DNA of 64,000 bases from Giardia intestinalis (lineage: Eukaryota), in the NCBI GenBank assembly GCA_000002435.2, contig CM018793.1. One strand, 5' to 3'. Positions 39,385 through 51,052 of the stretch are shown here, one piece after another (the stretch's first letter is position 1; every line of letters starts with the position of its first letter). The notes below the pieces were generated by a model. That model worked only from the letters and a program-made list of their open reading frames with translations, was not told the DNA's origin and ran no database searches. The position numbers and the translations under genes were made by a program.

Positions 39385-41166
39385 ATGTTCTACGCAGTTT
39401 TGCTGATTGGCCTCATGCTCGAGATGGCATGGGCAGCGCAAGCCGGAGACGAATGTGAGGAGGTAACTGGCAGTGAACCCAATACTTGCAAGACCTGTAG
39501 CGCCGTCATCAACGGCAAGAAGTACTGCTCGCAGTGCAACGACACTGGGAATTCTAATTCCGGTGGCGCCCCGACAGACGGAGTGTGCTCAGCAGACAAT
39601 AACGAGTGCAGCCAAAAACAAGATGGGAAGTGTACACAGTGCGCTAATAAATCCTTCATGTACAAGGGCGGATGCTACAAGGATAGCCAGGCACCTGGCA
39701 ACACGATGTGTGAAACAGCAACTGATGGAGTGTGCACGCAGGCTAAGGCTGGGTACTTCCTACCACCCGATGCTGATAGAGATAATGCACACCAATCGGT
39801 CATACCATGTGGAGATGTTGAAGAAGTGTTGGTTGGAAACAGCCACAAGTACAAGGGCGTGCTGCACTGCAAAGTGTGTGATGCACCCAAAGCAGCAGCA
39901 AGTGATACTAATCCTGTGCCTGCCACGTGCACAACCTGTGAGGACGGGTTCTTTGGCCCCACTTGTGAAGCATGCCAAGACGAGAATTGTGCTACGTGTG
40001 CCGTAACAGGCAATAACAAGTGCAGTAAGTGTAAAGGAACTGGTACTAAGACATATCTGAAAGTGGACAGTGGCAGCACAGGCACGTGCGTCGAAGCATC
40101 TGGATGTACAGCGGCTACGTTTCCAAAGGTCGATGAACAACAGGGAAACAAGTGCGCTGCATGTAATAGTGTGCCAGATGGTGGAATCGCTAATTGTGCG
40201 ACGTGCAGTCTGCTCACTCAAGGATCTAGAGCCGCCCCTTTGGTCACATGCTTGACGTGTGAACAAAATAAGTATCTCACTCCAGAAAAGAATGCGTGCT
40301 TAGATACCTGCCCTGCTGGAATGTATGCCGTTAGTGGCGATAGCGGCAATGTTTGTACCCCCTGCCACGAGTCATGCGCAAGCTGTAGTACTAATGCAAA
40401 AACGTCGTGTACGGCTTGCTACCCTGGGTATGTGCTAAGCAAGGGCGACGATGGAGCCACCGGCACATGCATCCCAGAGTGCACGGGAAGGTATGCAGAG
40501 AATTGCGCAGACGGGCAGTGCACGGCCGTCGTTGGGGGCTCCAAGTACTGCAGCAAGTGCAAGGCCGGATACGCCCCAGTGGACGGCGTCTGTGTGTCGA
40601 CAACGACAAGGGCAGCACTTGGATGCACCCCGGGTGACGGAGTATGTACTGCGTGTACAGGTTCATACTTCCTGCAGTCTGGCGGGTGCTATCAGTCGAC
40701 AGCATACCCAGGTAACACATTATGCAGTAGTGCTCAGAACGGACAGTGTCAGACATGTGCAGCCAATGGACAAAGCCCAGCCGGAGGAAAATGTCCGGAA
40801 TGTTCTGAGGGCTGTGCAAAGTGTGGGGCTAGCAATTCGGATGTTTGTACTGAATGCTATTCTGGATATTATAGAACTGGTACTGGTAAGTGTTTCAAAT
40901 GTGCAGCTGATAGCGATAATGGAATAGTTGGTGTGCCTAATTGCGTAAGCTGTGCTCCTCCATCTAATGGTCAAGGATCTGTCATCTGCTACATAACGCG
41001 ACAAGAGACTGACGATGGCACCGGCGGAGACACTGGAGGAGACAGCATGAACAAGAGCGGCCTCTCCACGGGTGCCATCGCGGGGATCTCTGTGGCTGTG
41101 GTCGTCGTTGTGGGGGGCCTCGTAGGCTTTCTCTGCTGGTGGTTTATCTGCCGTGGAAAGGCGTAG
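39385..41166 (+). CDS. vsp: Variant-specific surface protein (VSP), copy A
   Basis: Signal peptide MFYAVLLIGLMLEMAWA, many CXXC motifs, GGCY motif (KGGCYKDSQAPGN), C-terminal TM plus invariant CRGKA tail. The track start at 39349 is a TTG; first ATG at 39385. AGTAAAC poly(A) signal 15 nt after the stop. Confidence 0.9.
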   Translation: MFYAVLLIGLMLEMAWAAQAGDECEEVTGSEPNTCKTCSAVINGKKYCSQCNDTGNSNSGGAPTDGVCSADNNECSQKQDGKCTQCANKSFMYKGGCYKDSQAPGNTMCETATDGVCTQAKAGYFLPPDADRDNAHQSVIPCGDVEEVLVGNSHKYKGVLHCKVCDAPKAAASDTNPVPATCTTCEDGFFGPTCEACQDENCATCAVTGNNKCSKCKGTGTKTYLKVDSGSTGTCVEASGCTAATFPKVDEQQGNKCAACNSVPDGGIANCATCSLLTQGSRAAPLVTCLTCEQNKYLTPEKNACLDTCPAGMYAVSGDSGNVCTPCHESCASCSTNAKTSCTACYPGYVLSKGDDGATGTCIPECTGRYAENCADGQCTAVVGGSKYCSKCKAGYAPVDGVCVSTTTRAALGCTPGDGVCTACTGSYFLQSGGCYQSTAYPGNTLCSSAQNGQCQTCAANGQSPAGGKCPECSEGCAKCGASNSDVCTECYSGYYRTGTGKCFKCAADSDNGIVGVPNCVSCAPPSNGQGSVICYITRQETDDGTGGDTGGDSMNKSGLSTGAIAGISVAVVVVVGGLVGFLCWWFICRGKA

Positions 41167-41180
41167 ATGTACTTAGGTAG

Positions 41181-41187
41181 TAAACGC
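41181..41187 (+). terminator. Giardia poly(A) signal AGTAAAC in the conserved VSP 3' end (GTACTTAGGTAGTAAAC)
   Basis: Matches AGTRAAY 15 nt downstream of the VSP stop codon. Confidence 0.6.
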
Positions 41188-41627
41188 GTCACTGTATATG
41201 GCTTATTACACTATGCTGCTGGGGCTATCTGAGTGTGGCCCAGAGATTGTGCGGGTGGACCCGCTCCTTCCTGGCCAGTTCAGAGACGAGGGTTGAGTAT
41301 GGATAACATAATGAAAGAGTCCTCTTCAGTGACACATCCAGAATCTGGGCATTCCTCGCCGCTCCATGAGGATATGCTCTGTCTGGATGTCCATGCCGAT
41401 CTGCCTTGGATTCAGGCCTTCTCGCAGGCTCTCTGCTCTACCGGTGGCGCCTCTCCATGGTCTGCCGCCTTGGTGGGTGAAGCTCCGATCGCTGTCTTTT
41501 TTAGATGCTCCCGTCTGTCAGGGGCTGCCCTCGGGCTCTCCGCTGGCTGGGCCCTCGGTGTCCGCCCGGCTGTGGTTCTGGGCAGTGCTCTACAGTCGCG
41601 GTCACGCAGGTCTCAGTGGGCCAGCTG

Positions 41628-41684
41628 GTGGGTGGGGCGGGGGTTGATGGGGCGGTGGGACTGGAGGGGACCGGGTGGGGGGTG
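41628..41684 (+). repeat. G-quadruplex-prone G-run cluster at the arm A / spacer junction. The mirrored C-rich copy is at ~43426-43482 (G-rich on the minus strand).
   Basis: GGTGGGTGGGGCGGGGGTTGATGGGGCGGTGGGACTGGAGGGGACCGGGTGGGGGGTG has at least 8 runs of G3 or more. Confidence 0.6.
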
Positions 41685-43943
41685 TTCGTATGTGCCCCTG
41701 GGTCCGGTGGGCCATCGGGGTGGTGGGTGGGGTGATCCCCACTCTGTTTGCTAACGTAATTGTGTCTGATCTCCAGCCTTCGTTGCACTCCCCGAGACAG
41801 AGGCACCGACGATCGTGTCGTGTCCCCCTGACTGAGTGCCTCCCTTGGCCCCTGCATGTCTCAGGCAGTACTGCTGCTCTGTCTGGCTGGTGCATGAGTG
41901 TCGAGGCAGGCCATCGCAGTCTCTCCTGCTACTCCTTGATGCTCTGTGCGGGTCTGCTGAGCCCCTGGCATGCCCTGTCCAGTGCCTCGACGGTAGTTCG
42001 CCTCGGGCCAGCAGGGGCATGGATGAGCCTGTGGATGGGATGGGGTTCTCTCATGCCTCTAGTGTGATGGCCCAGAAGACTGGCACGGTGGGGCACCGGT
42101 GACTGCACTGTCCCCGTGGTCAGCTGTGCTGCTCCTGGTGGGTCCTTGTTGTGGAGCGCTGTGTATCATCCGTAGGCAGGGGTAAGCCATCCCTGGTCTC
42201 AGGATGCTCTATCATGCAGAGAGGAGCACGCTGAGGGTCACCCACACCTCACCTGCTGTGCCCGCTCGGAAGTTCCTGATGTGATCCACCAGGACCTTGA
42301 CACCTCTCGTGGCTCTGATGACCCCTCGGGGAGAGCCGGGGTGTCCTATGCCAGGGAGGCGTGCACCTTCCTGCATGAGCTGGGCCATCCACTGCACTGC
42401 CTCCAAGGAGGTCTGCTATGAGAGGCAGTGGGATGATCGACAGCCCCAGAGTGCGGTGGAGGGTGCTCGTGGTCGTCTCTGTGATCGGGCATCACTCATG
42501 ATGGTCAGTCCTGTGCCTGTGTGGTGCTCAGAGGCCACCTGTCTGCCTCATCGCCTGCTGGACAGCCGGGCCTCTTGTGGTGTCCGAAGATCTCCTCACT
42601 CCTCTGGCTGCTGCCCCCTCTGGTCATCGATGGAGGCCAGCGGAGTCTTCGGTGAGTCTGGTGCCTGCCTGGGTGTCATGGGGGCTGGCAGCTGTCAGGG
42701 CTCTGCCACTGCTCACCTGCCTGGAGTGTGCCTCCCTTGGGCCTGCTCTACTGTGCTGCGTGAGTCCTCTGGCTTCCTATCAGGCCCTGATTGTGAGGGT
42801 GACCCCACCTGGCCTTCTGATGCCCCTGTGGATGAGCATGGCAAGGTGTCTGGCTGGGGATCTCTAGTGCCCGTGTCTGTTGCTGCCTCTCGGGTGCTCG
42901 GGTGGCTGTCTGGGGATCTCGTACGGGGCACAGTCAGCGTGTCCCGAGCAGACTCCGGTCCTCTCTGGGTCCACACAGTCTGTCCGTGTGTGGATGGTCC
43001 TCCTACACTCATGTCCATCTGTGCACACTGTCACTCAGCCTCGAGAGCAGACCAGTGCAGTCACCAGGGTCGCTGTCAGAGGGAGTCGTCTGCCACTACC
43101 ACTGTTCGAGCAGACTCTACAGCTCAGGCTGGCTGCTGTGCACCCTCATGGCAGGGATACTTGACTCCCCTTGGTCATCCTCTCTGCCCCGGTGTGCACG
43201 GCTCCTTCGGGTGGCCTCTGGTGAGTCTGCACTGGGAGGCACAGAAGAGCAAAGGCAGTCCTTGCTGGCACCACTCTCCGGCTCCTGAGGGTTGTCTGGG
43301 TGGAGGCACTCACAGATCACGAGCACACAGAGGGATGAGTCACAAGGGGACAGCCCCCAGTCACCACAGCTATGATCACCCCAGTCTATCGAGTGGCCAG
43401 GGGCATATACAGACACCCCCCATCTCAGCCCCCACCCGGTCCCCTCCAGTCCCACCGCCCCATCAACCCCCGCCCCACCCACCAGCTGGCCCACTGAGAC
43501 CTGCGTGACCGCGACTGTAGAGCACTGCCCAGAACCACAGCCGGGCGGACACCGAGGGCCCAGCCAGCGGAGAGCCCGAGGGCAGCCCCTGACAGACGGG
43601 AGCATCTAAAAAAGACAGCGATCGGAGCTTCACCCACCAAGGCGGCAGACCATGGAGAGGCGCCACCGGTAGAGCAGAGAGCCTGCGAGAAGGCCTGAAT
43701 CCAAGGCAGATCGGCATGGACATCCAGACAGAGCATATCCTCATGGAGCGGCGAGGAATGCCCAGATTCTGGATGTGTCACTGAAGAGGACTCTTTCATT
43801 ATGTTATCCATACTCAACCCTCGTCTCTGAACTGGCCAGGAAGGAGCGGGTCCACCCGCACAATCTCTGGGCCACACTCAGATAGCCCCAGCAGCATAGT
43901 GTAATAAGCCATATACAGTGACGCGTTTACTACCTAAGTACAT

Positions 43944-45725
43944 CTACGCCTTTCCACGGCAGATAAACCACCAGCAGAGAAAGCCTACGAGGCCCCCCAC
44001 AACGACGACCACAGCCACAGAGATCCCCGCGATGGCACCCGTGGAGAGGCCGCTCTTGTTCATGCTGTCTCCTCCAGTGTCTCCGCCGGTGCCATCGTCA
44101 GTCTCTTGTCGCGTTATGTAGCAGATGACAGATCCTTGACCATTAGATGGAGGAGCACAGCTTACGCAATTAGGCACACCAACTATTCCATTATCGCTAT
44201 CAGCTGCACATTTGAAACACTTACCAGTACCAGTTCTATAATATCCAGAATAGCATTCAGTACAAACATCCGAATTGCTAGCCCCACACTTTGCACAGCC
44301 CTCAGAACATTCCGGACATTTTCCTCCGGCTGGGCTTTGTCCATTGGCTGCACATGTCTGACACTGTCCGTTCTGAGCACTACTGCATAATGTGTTACCT
44401 GGGTATGCTGTCGACTGATAGCACCCGCCAGACTGCAGGAAGTATGAACCTGTACACGCAGTACATACTCCGTCACCCGGGGTGCATCCAAGTGCTGCCC
44501 TTGTCGTTGTCGACACACAGACGCCGTCCACTGGGGCGTATCCGGCCTTGCACTTGCTGCAGTACTTGGAGCCCCCAACGACGGCCGTGCACTGCCCGTC
44601 TGCGCAATTCTCTGCATACCTTCCCGTGCACTCTGGGATGCATGTGCCGGTGGCTCCATCGTCGCCCTTGCTTAGCACATACCCAGGGTAGCAAGCCGTA
44701 CACGACGTTTTTGCATTAGTACTACAGCTTGCGCATGACTCGTGGCAGGGGGTACAAACATTGCCGCTATCGCCACTAACGGCATACATTCCAGCAGGGC
44801 AGGTATCTAAGCACGCATTCTTTTCTGGAGTGAGATACTTATTTTGTTCACACGTCAAGCATGTGACCAAAGGGGCGGCTCTAGATCCTTGAGTGAGCAG
44901 ACTGCACGTCGCACAATTAGCGATTCCACCATCTGGCACACTATTACATGCAGCGCACTTGTTTCCCTGTTGTTCATCGACCTTTGGAAACGTAGCCGCT
45001 GTACATCCAGATGCTTCGACGCACGTGCCTGTGCTGCCACTGTCCACTTTCAGATATGTCTTAGTACCAGTTCCTTTACACTTACTGCACTTGTTATTGC
45101 CTGTTACGGCACACGTAGCACAATTCTCGTCTTGGCATGCTTCACAAGTGGGGCCAAAGAACCCGTCCTCACAGGTTGTGCACGTGGCAGGCACAGGATT
45201 AGTATCACTTGCTGCTGCTTTGGGTGCATCACACACTTTGCAGTGCAGCACGCCCTTGTACTTGTGGCTGTTTCCAACCAACACTTCTTCAACATCTCCA
45301 CATGGTATGACCGATTGGTGTGCATTATCTCTATCAGCATCGGGTGGTAGGAAGTACCCAGCCTTAGCCTGCGTGCACACTCCATCAGTTGCTGTTTCAC
45401 ACATCGTGTTGCCAGGTGCCTGGCTATCCTTGTAGCATCCGCCCTTGTACATGAAGGATTTATTAGCGCACTGTGTACACTTCCCATCTTGTTTTTGGCT
45501 GCACTCGTTATTGTCTGCTGAGCACACTCCGTCTGTCGGGGCGCCACCGGAATTAGAATTCCCAGTGTCGTTGCACTGCGAGCAGTACTTCTTGCCGTTG
45601 ATGACGGCGCTACAGGTCTTGCAAGTATTGGGTTCACTGCCAGTTACCTCCTCACATTCGTCTCCGGCTTGCGCTGCCCATGCCATCTCGAGCATGAGGC
45701 CAATCAGCAAAACTGCGTAGAACAT
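43944..45725 (-). CDS. vsp: Variant-specific surface protein (VSP), copy B, identical to copy A
   Basis: The 605-aa ORF is identical to 39349..41166 on the opposite strand. The same CRGKA tail and poly(A) signal are mirrored at 43923-43929. Confidence 0.9.
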   Translation of the reverse strand: MFYAVLLIGLMLEMAWAAQAGDECEEVTGSEPNTCKTCSAVINGKKYCSQCNDTGNSNSGGAPTDGVCSADNNECSQKQDGKCTQCANKSFMYKGGCYKDSQAPGNTMCETATDGVCTQAKAGYFLPPDADRDNAHQSVIPCGDVEEVLVGNSHKYKGVLHCKVCDAPKAAASDTNPVPATCTTCEDGFFGPTCEACQDENCATCAVTGNNKCSKCKGTGTKTYLKVDSGSTGTCVEASGCTAATFPKVDEQQGNKCAACNSVPDGGIANCATCSLLTQGSRAAPLVTCLTCEQNKYLTPEKNACLDTCPAGMYAVSGDSGNVCTPCHESCASCSTNAKTSCTACYPGYVLSKGDDGATGTCIPECTGRYAENCADGQCTAVVGGSKYCSKCKAGYAPVDGVCVSTTTRAALGCTPGDGVCTACTGSYFLQSGGCYQSTAYPGNTLCSSAQNGQCQTCAANGQSPAGGKCPECSEGCAKCGASNSDVCTECYSGYYRTGTGKCFKCAADSDNGIVGVPNCVSCAPPSNGQGSVICYITRQETDDGTGGDTGGDSMNKSGLSTGAIAGISVAVVVVVGGLVGFLCWWFICRGKA

Positions 45726-48700
45726 TGTGGCTCGACGCTCTGTTACACAGGGATATAGCAACTTCGCTCGTCAGTCCGTCCTTTCGTGGCATCTGCCTGT
45801 GCTGCATAACACACTGGCAGGGAGGGCCTCCACATGGGTCTGCGTTGAGAGGTGGGAGCGTGCTGATTCCAGTCTCATGGCCTGCCATCCCCGGGTCCCA
45901 TGTAACTAGCCGGCCATGAAGATGGATCGATCAGTGCAGATCTCCTCCTTTACATTGCAAGGCGCATCACATGATAACTGCTACACGGTGGCCTGTCTAG
46001 CTCTTCACTGTGATGTGATGGTCTCCTGGCGACCAGCTCTCCTGCTGTGCCAGTCACAAGGTCTGCCAAGGAACTCCTAGGTTCTCCTGGATGCCTGACC
46101 AGCGACCCGATGGAGCCGGCCGTGCGATGTCCAGCAGCCCGAGCCACGGGTCATCACAAGCAGATGCCTCAGACACTGCTCGTCGAGGTCCTACATTGAG
46201 GCCCGGCAGGAGCGATGCCCCGTGGAGGATGGCTGCGTGTTCTATCGCGACTCACTACGACTGCCCCCTCTGCTTAGGGACACGCAACATGCCCACCGCG
46301 AACGGATGGATGTCCGTCTGTCATACGACTTAACCTGGTTGCACCGCAGACCGTCGATAAGCCTGCCCCCTGTCGACTCCTATGCCACTGAAGGGCTCTG
46401 CCGGCCGATCGTCTTTAAAGACTGTCCCTCGCCGGTCGCAGGCCCATCTAGGAACCGGTGCCCGTCCGTCCTCATCTGGGATGGTCCCACTGAGGTGGGC
46501 ATGCCTTCGGACACGCAATGATGTGCCAGCACTTCTAGAGCGGTGGTCCCGCTCGCCTGACCGGCTCCAGCCAACATATCACAGCGCCTCTCACACGAGG
46601 GCTACCCCCGCGCACCGGAGAAAAGGTGATACCGGACGGCCAGCGCTATCTGGGCTGCCACACTCCATGCTAACTAAGGGATAGTGGAGCCGTAGACGAA
46701 CTGGGCCGTTGTCGTCCCTCTGGTCTGGGGTGCCCAGGTCCTGGAGCCATTGCCAAGAGTGATCATCCGGGCAATGTACACAGCGTGGCCACCGCTGTCA
46801 GGGGATACTCTTATGCTCGAAAGTCTACCAGCAAGACTAGGCCCGGTTGGCTGGCCAGAGAACGGACTGTGTGCTGGTCAACTGGACTGAAGATTGATGA
46901 TAGTGCTATATGGACAGCAAGCTAGGAACGTCAGTGCCCTCTAGATTTCGTGTCACATTGAGCAACCCGCTGTACGAAAGCTTGATATCTCGGGTGATCA
47001 GCTGACGTTACAAAGTGCTTGGTAGTCTGACAACCATGTGGAGGCGAGACAATGAGAGAGCCCTAAAGCAGCTCGCGAGCAGAGAGGCTGGTGTGCACAG
47101 CAATGTGATCCATTAAGTCTCTGTTGGGCGCACAAGGGATATCCAGATGCAGTAAACTGGTTGGCGCCTCTTATAACAGGCAAGGATTTCTATCCGCGCT
47201 GTGCAGTCGTGGGATGCACCTTGCAGACTTGAGGTGGACATCTATAAACACCGTGACTTGGAATGTAGTTGGCAAGGTGGTTGAGGTCTAGCTTGAGCGG
47301 GCAAGAGCTGACTATGCCACCTCGATTGGCAAGTACCTCAAACTGCGTAATGCGTGTAGTCGTCCTCTGGTAAGGGTGGATGGCCATCTACAGAGCACTA
47401 TAAAGCTAATCGTGTGGATTGTGGGAGCATCATCCGGTGGCTCGTCTACTGCGGAAAGACGCAACTGAGGAACTGCTGAGTAGAAAACACGCTGACTGAT
47501 ATTGGTGTGCACCGTATACCTCTACAATAGGGTCTTGCGCTACGTATGGAGAGGAAACGAGCTCCCTCGACTTCGGAACAGTTGAGTATCCAGAAGCCTC
47601 TGCCTCGCTACAAATGCACAAAATCAAATCAGCCTCCAAGTCGTCCGCAGACTCCACGATTTTCCACGGCTAGAAGCCAGAGGGACTCACGTGTGTCCTT
47701 ATTGCAATATGGGTCTATACCTAGTCATCCTATTACAGAGTGGGCTCCCTGGCTTTCTCCATCTTCTTTGTCTAAATTTGCTTCTCGAGGATCTTTGTAC
47801 ACGAGTAGCCTTCTATGTACCCAAATAACATCCTCCTTCCTTGAAGCCTGTCACCAAGACTAGATACCACTAGGTCAATGCGGACAAAGGCAAGCCTCTT
47901 CGCAGGTCCGTCTAAAACCAGCAACGGGCATCCAAACAAGTGTATAGATGCTTAGTAAGTTGACTATGATACAGACCAGTTATCACATGAGGCTTACAAC
48001 AGTTGGTGTACAGAGTTCTGTTTTAGCCATAGGTGTGGAGCTCATGTCTCACCTTGAAAGACGGTGGAGCGCTCTGCAGGACCTTTCTGGATATATAGCT
48101 GTCGCTATAGCTGATAGGGGACAGGTGCGAAGACCCCATGCTTACACAGAAGCATCTCTGGTGCTATTCTTCACTGATAACAGATAGCTCAAACAGGCGG
48201 TGTCCATTCTACCATCAGACCTTATGCGGCGTGTGTGCATTATTAGAGAAGCTTCTGTAATCTCTGCTCAGTCTGCTGGGCAGGCACAGCCCAAGTGCAA
48301 CGAAGACGGTGGTGGAGGCAGTCACCGGCGCAAGGCAATGAGGCGTGTGGCTCAGCACAGCAATTCGCCTTTAGAAGCCCTGGGCCTCTGAGACGAGCAC
48401 AACACGCTGTCTGCACATGCAATTCCTCTTTCACGCTGCTTACCCGTATGAGCAGTTGCGATGCATCGTACGCCAGAGAGCGGGGCAGAGGGTCCTCAGA
48501 CTACCGGACCAGTAGACCGAACTGGCAAGGGCAGCTAGCCATGCATGCAGAAACTCTGTCCTGAGGGCGGCGGGTGCAACGGCTGCCTCAAGTTTTTTAG
48601 CCGGGGTGGGGCTGTCGCCTGCTATCTGAGTGGTCTCTCATGCGAGCCACCGCCTCCCTGGGCAAGTCCCTCGCTCGTTCACCAACCGAGATCCAGATCC

Positions 48701-50488
48701 AGAGTTCGAAGGTGAGTGTCAAGCGACTTCGACGGGAGAAAAACTCTTGTTCTTCCCTCTTCCCAAGGACGAGGCAGGGCAAGTGCAATCGGTGGATTAT
48801 CATGATGCGCTCCACAAGGCAGTTCCGAGTCCCCTGGAGACCCAGACACTGGTCTTCCTTGAGACCGAGCAGACTGCGTTCCACCGACTGCACATGGGCG
48901 GCATTTGCATGGCGCAGAGAGGCGCAGACTGATGGAACACAGCGGTCTTGCTCGACATAGCGAACATTCCAACAGTAGACGGCCTCTGCCAGGCGAGTAT
49001 GCCCCGTCCCGAGGAGCTGCGTCGGGGCCTTCCTCCGGCTGCGACGCGCTGCACCCCTGGGCTCGATCCCTCGGGGCCCTGCGCATGCTTCTGTGCTGCG
49101 GGGGACAGAACCTGCTCACCAGGAGCTGAAGGAGATGCCCCGCTCACTGCCCGTGCCGACGACAGCGACGCGACGGGGCAGTCACAGAAGCGACAGGCCC
49201 GGCGAAGCAACATGGCTCGACGGTCACCACCGGGTGCAGGAGCACGGAGGGGCAGGGGGCCTCCTTCCTGGCCGGTCTCAAGGAGCCCCCAAGGCGGCAG
49301 AGAGCCTGAAGTCAGTGATGGCACTAATCACTCGCCGTGCTGGCCGGGATGGACCCACACGCGGCCCATGTGAATCCCTCGACAGGCAAGTCGGCCCCTG
49401 GGGTGCTTGGCTGACAGAGGCGGGCTGATCCTGCCTGCACCGAAGAGTGGTGGCCCGGGCCACCTGCCAGGGGTCTGCCACAGCAGTTGGCAGTGCCTGA
49501 CACCCCCGAGTAGGCGGGTGCCGGCTACCGAGCAAGCCGACTTCGGTGAACCGGTCCTAATCGCTCTTGGTGCCTCAGACGACGCCTCTCAGAGAGGTGG
49601 TCCTGGACCGACGCCTCGACAGACCGAAGCATCACCCCAGGTGTGCTGTGCAGATGGACATAGCCCACACATCACTGAGCCAGACACACTGCACAGGATG
49701 GGCGTCGACACGGTCTCGTGCTGGGTGACGGACCGCCTGCAAGAGTGCACTGCGATCCATGAGCAGGAGGGCCATACTTCTCCCCCGACACAACGCATGG
49801 GAGTACTCCGTCGGCATCCACGAATGCGTACTATGACTCCAAGATGGAGGCGTACGTGGAGCGCACCTCCGACAGCAGGGTCGATGATTCACGTCATGGG
49901 GAGATGAAGAGGCACCCCGAGGAACGGGGTGGACACCCGAGGCTCATGGCGTGCGATTCTCGTCACGGAGAACTAGCACCAGGGCCACGTGGAAGCCAGA
50001 TCGCCGTGATCGACAGCAGGCCCTGAGATAGTGTGTGGTCACCCAGGTGCCAGACGATGGTTGCCCCAAGCTAGCCAGAGGAAGGAAGGAACCCTAGAGG
50101 CATCGCGAGGAGCGGCGATCCTCACGGAGATGCTCGGGCAGCAGCGGGCGGCCGCCTCGGTGAAGCAGAGAGTAACTGGATTGGAAAGCATGACTTCCTC
50201 ACCGAAAAAGACCGAATTCGTCTGAATAGTATACGCACAAATAAATCATCTGGCCACCATTCACCATAGTAGACGTGCAATGCACTGGGAGAACACAGCT
50301 TTTGCCTTCTGTATATTTGAGCTACTCTGTGAGTAGATCCCTTCCATGCATAACTACTCCACTTGATTCGGTTAGTTATACCCTAGTAAAACGCCCTTTC
50401 ACCATACTTGGCTCTAGGCACATGATCACAACCAAGGCTTTATAACTTCAAAAGTTAAGGATAGAGTAAAGTTACTTTTGGCTTTGAG

Positions 50489-51052
50489 ATGGATGAATAC
50501 GATAATCTAGTGAAGCTTCTCACTTGTAACACTAGCGCGGACTCGTCTTCACAACTACAAAAGATATCGACAAGGCAACAGGAGTCAGTTCAAAGATTGG
50601 GCCAAAGATCGACGCCAAAACCGAAATCCTTGCCGGAGCAGGAAGATCCTATGAAGGAGTGCACATTCCACCCCCAGATTATTAGTCAATCGAAAGATTA
50701 TGTGCACAAGGAAAAAGATCCTCATCTCCGTCTCTATGAGCAAGCAAAACAGAAACAAGAAACACTGAATCGAAAGATGGAAGAAAAGAAACTTCAAGAG
50801 GCCATTGAAAAAGAGAACGAGAGGCCCACTTTTCAGCCTGTCCTAATTTCATCCTCTAAGTCGAGACATAGAGCAGAGCGAGACGCTTTTAATGCCCTGT
50901 ATAACGACGCCATAAAGCAGAAAGCCAAAAGAGATGAGCAGGCCATAACCTTTACGACAATTGACACATTTAAGCCGAAGACGCATACAAGAGCCTTTGA
51001 TCGCGAATCAACTATTCAAACCATAGTTGATCAGCTTTCGAACCTGCACTAG
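50489..51052 (+). CDS. Hypothetical Lys/Glu-rich (charged, probably coiled-coil) protein
   Basis: 187-aa ORF with a verified ATG. Confidence 0.45.
   Translation: MDEYDNLVKLLTCNTSADSSSQLQKISTRQQESVQRLGQRSTPKPKSLPEQEDPMKECTFHPQIISQSKDYVHKEKDPHLRLYEQAKQKQETLNRKMEEKKLQEAIEKENERPTFQPVLISSSKSRHRAERDAFNALYNDAIKQKAKRDEQAITFTTIDTFKPKTHTRAFDRESTIQTIVDQLSNLH

Larger units (their letters stand above)
34925..50176. repeat. About 15.25 kb near-perfect palindrome. Arm A is 34925-~41690; arm B (reverse complement) is ~43420-50176; the unique central spacer is ~41700-43400.
   Basis: The ORF track is mirrored exactly: identical 605-aa VSP ORFs on opposite strands (coordinates sum to 85110), and identical flanking ORFs (for example 35085..35267(-) = 49844..50026(+), and 41233..(+) = ..43877(-)). 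Only a few SNP or indel clusters differ (35440-35470 versus 49650-49680; 37620 versus 47490). Confidence 0.9.

Noticed and set aside
39473-40927. Many 140-180-aa ORFs in alternative frames and on the opposite strand inside both VSP copies
   Set aside because: By-products of the repetitive Cys codon-rich VSP sequence. Only the CXXC/GGCY/CRGKA frame is biologically coherent.
42297-43508. 403-aa ORF in the palindrome centre
   Set aside because: The stop-free frame is explained by extreme A-depletion of this strand. The translation is Pro/Ser/Gly/Cys low-complexity with no motif. Kept as a finding, but not called a CDS.
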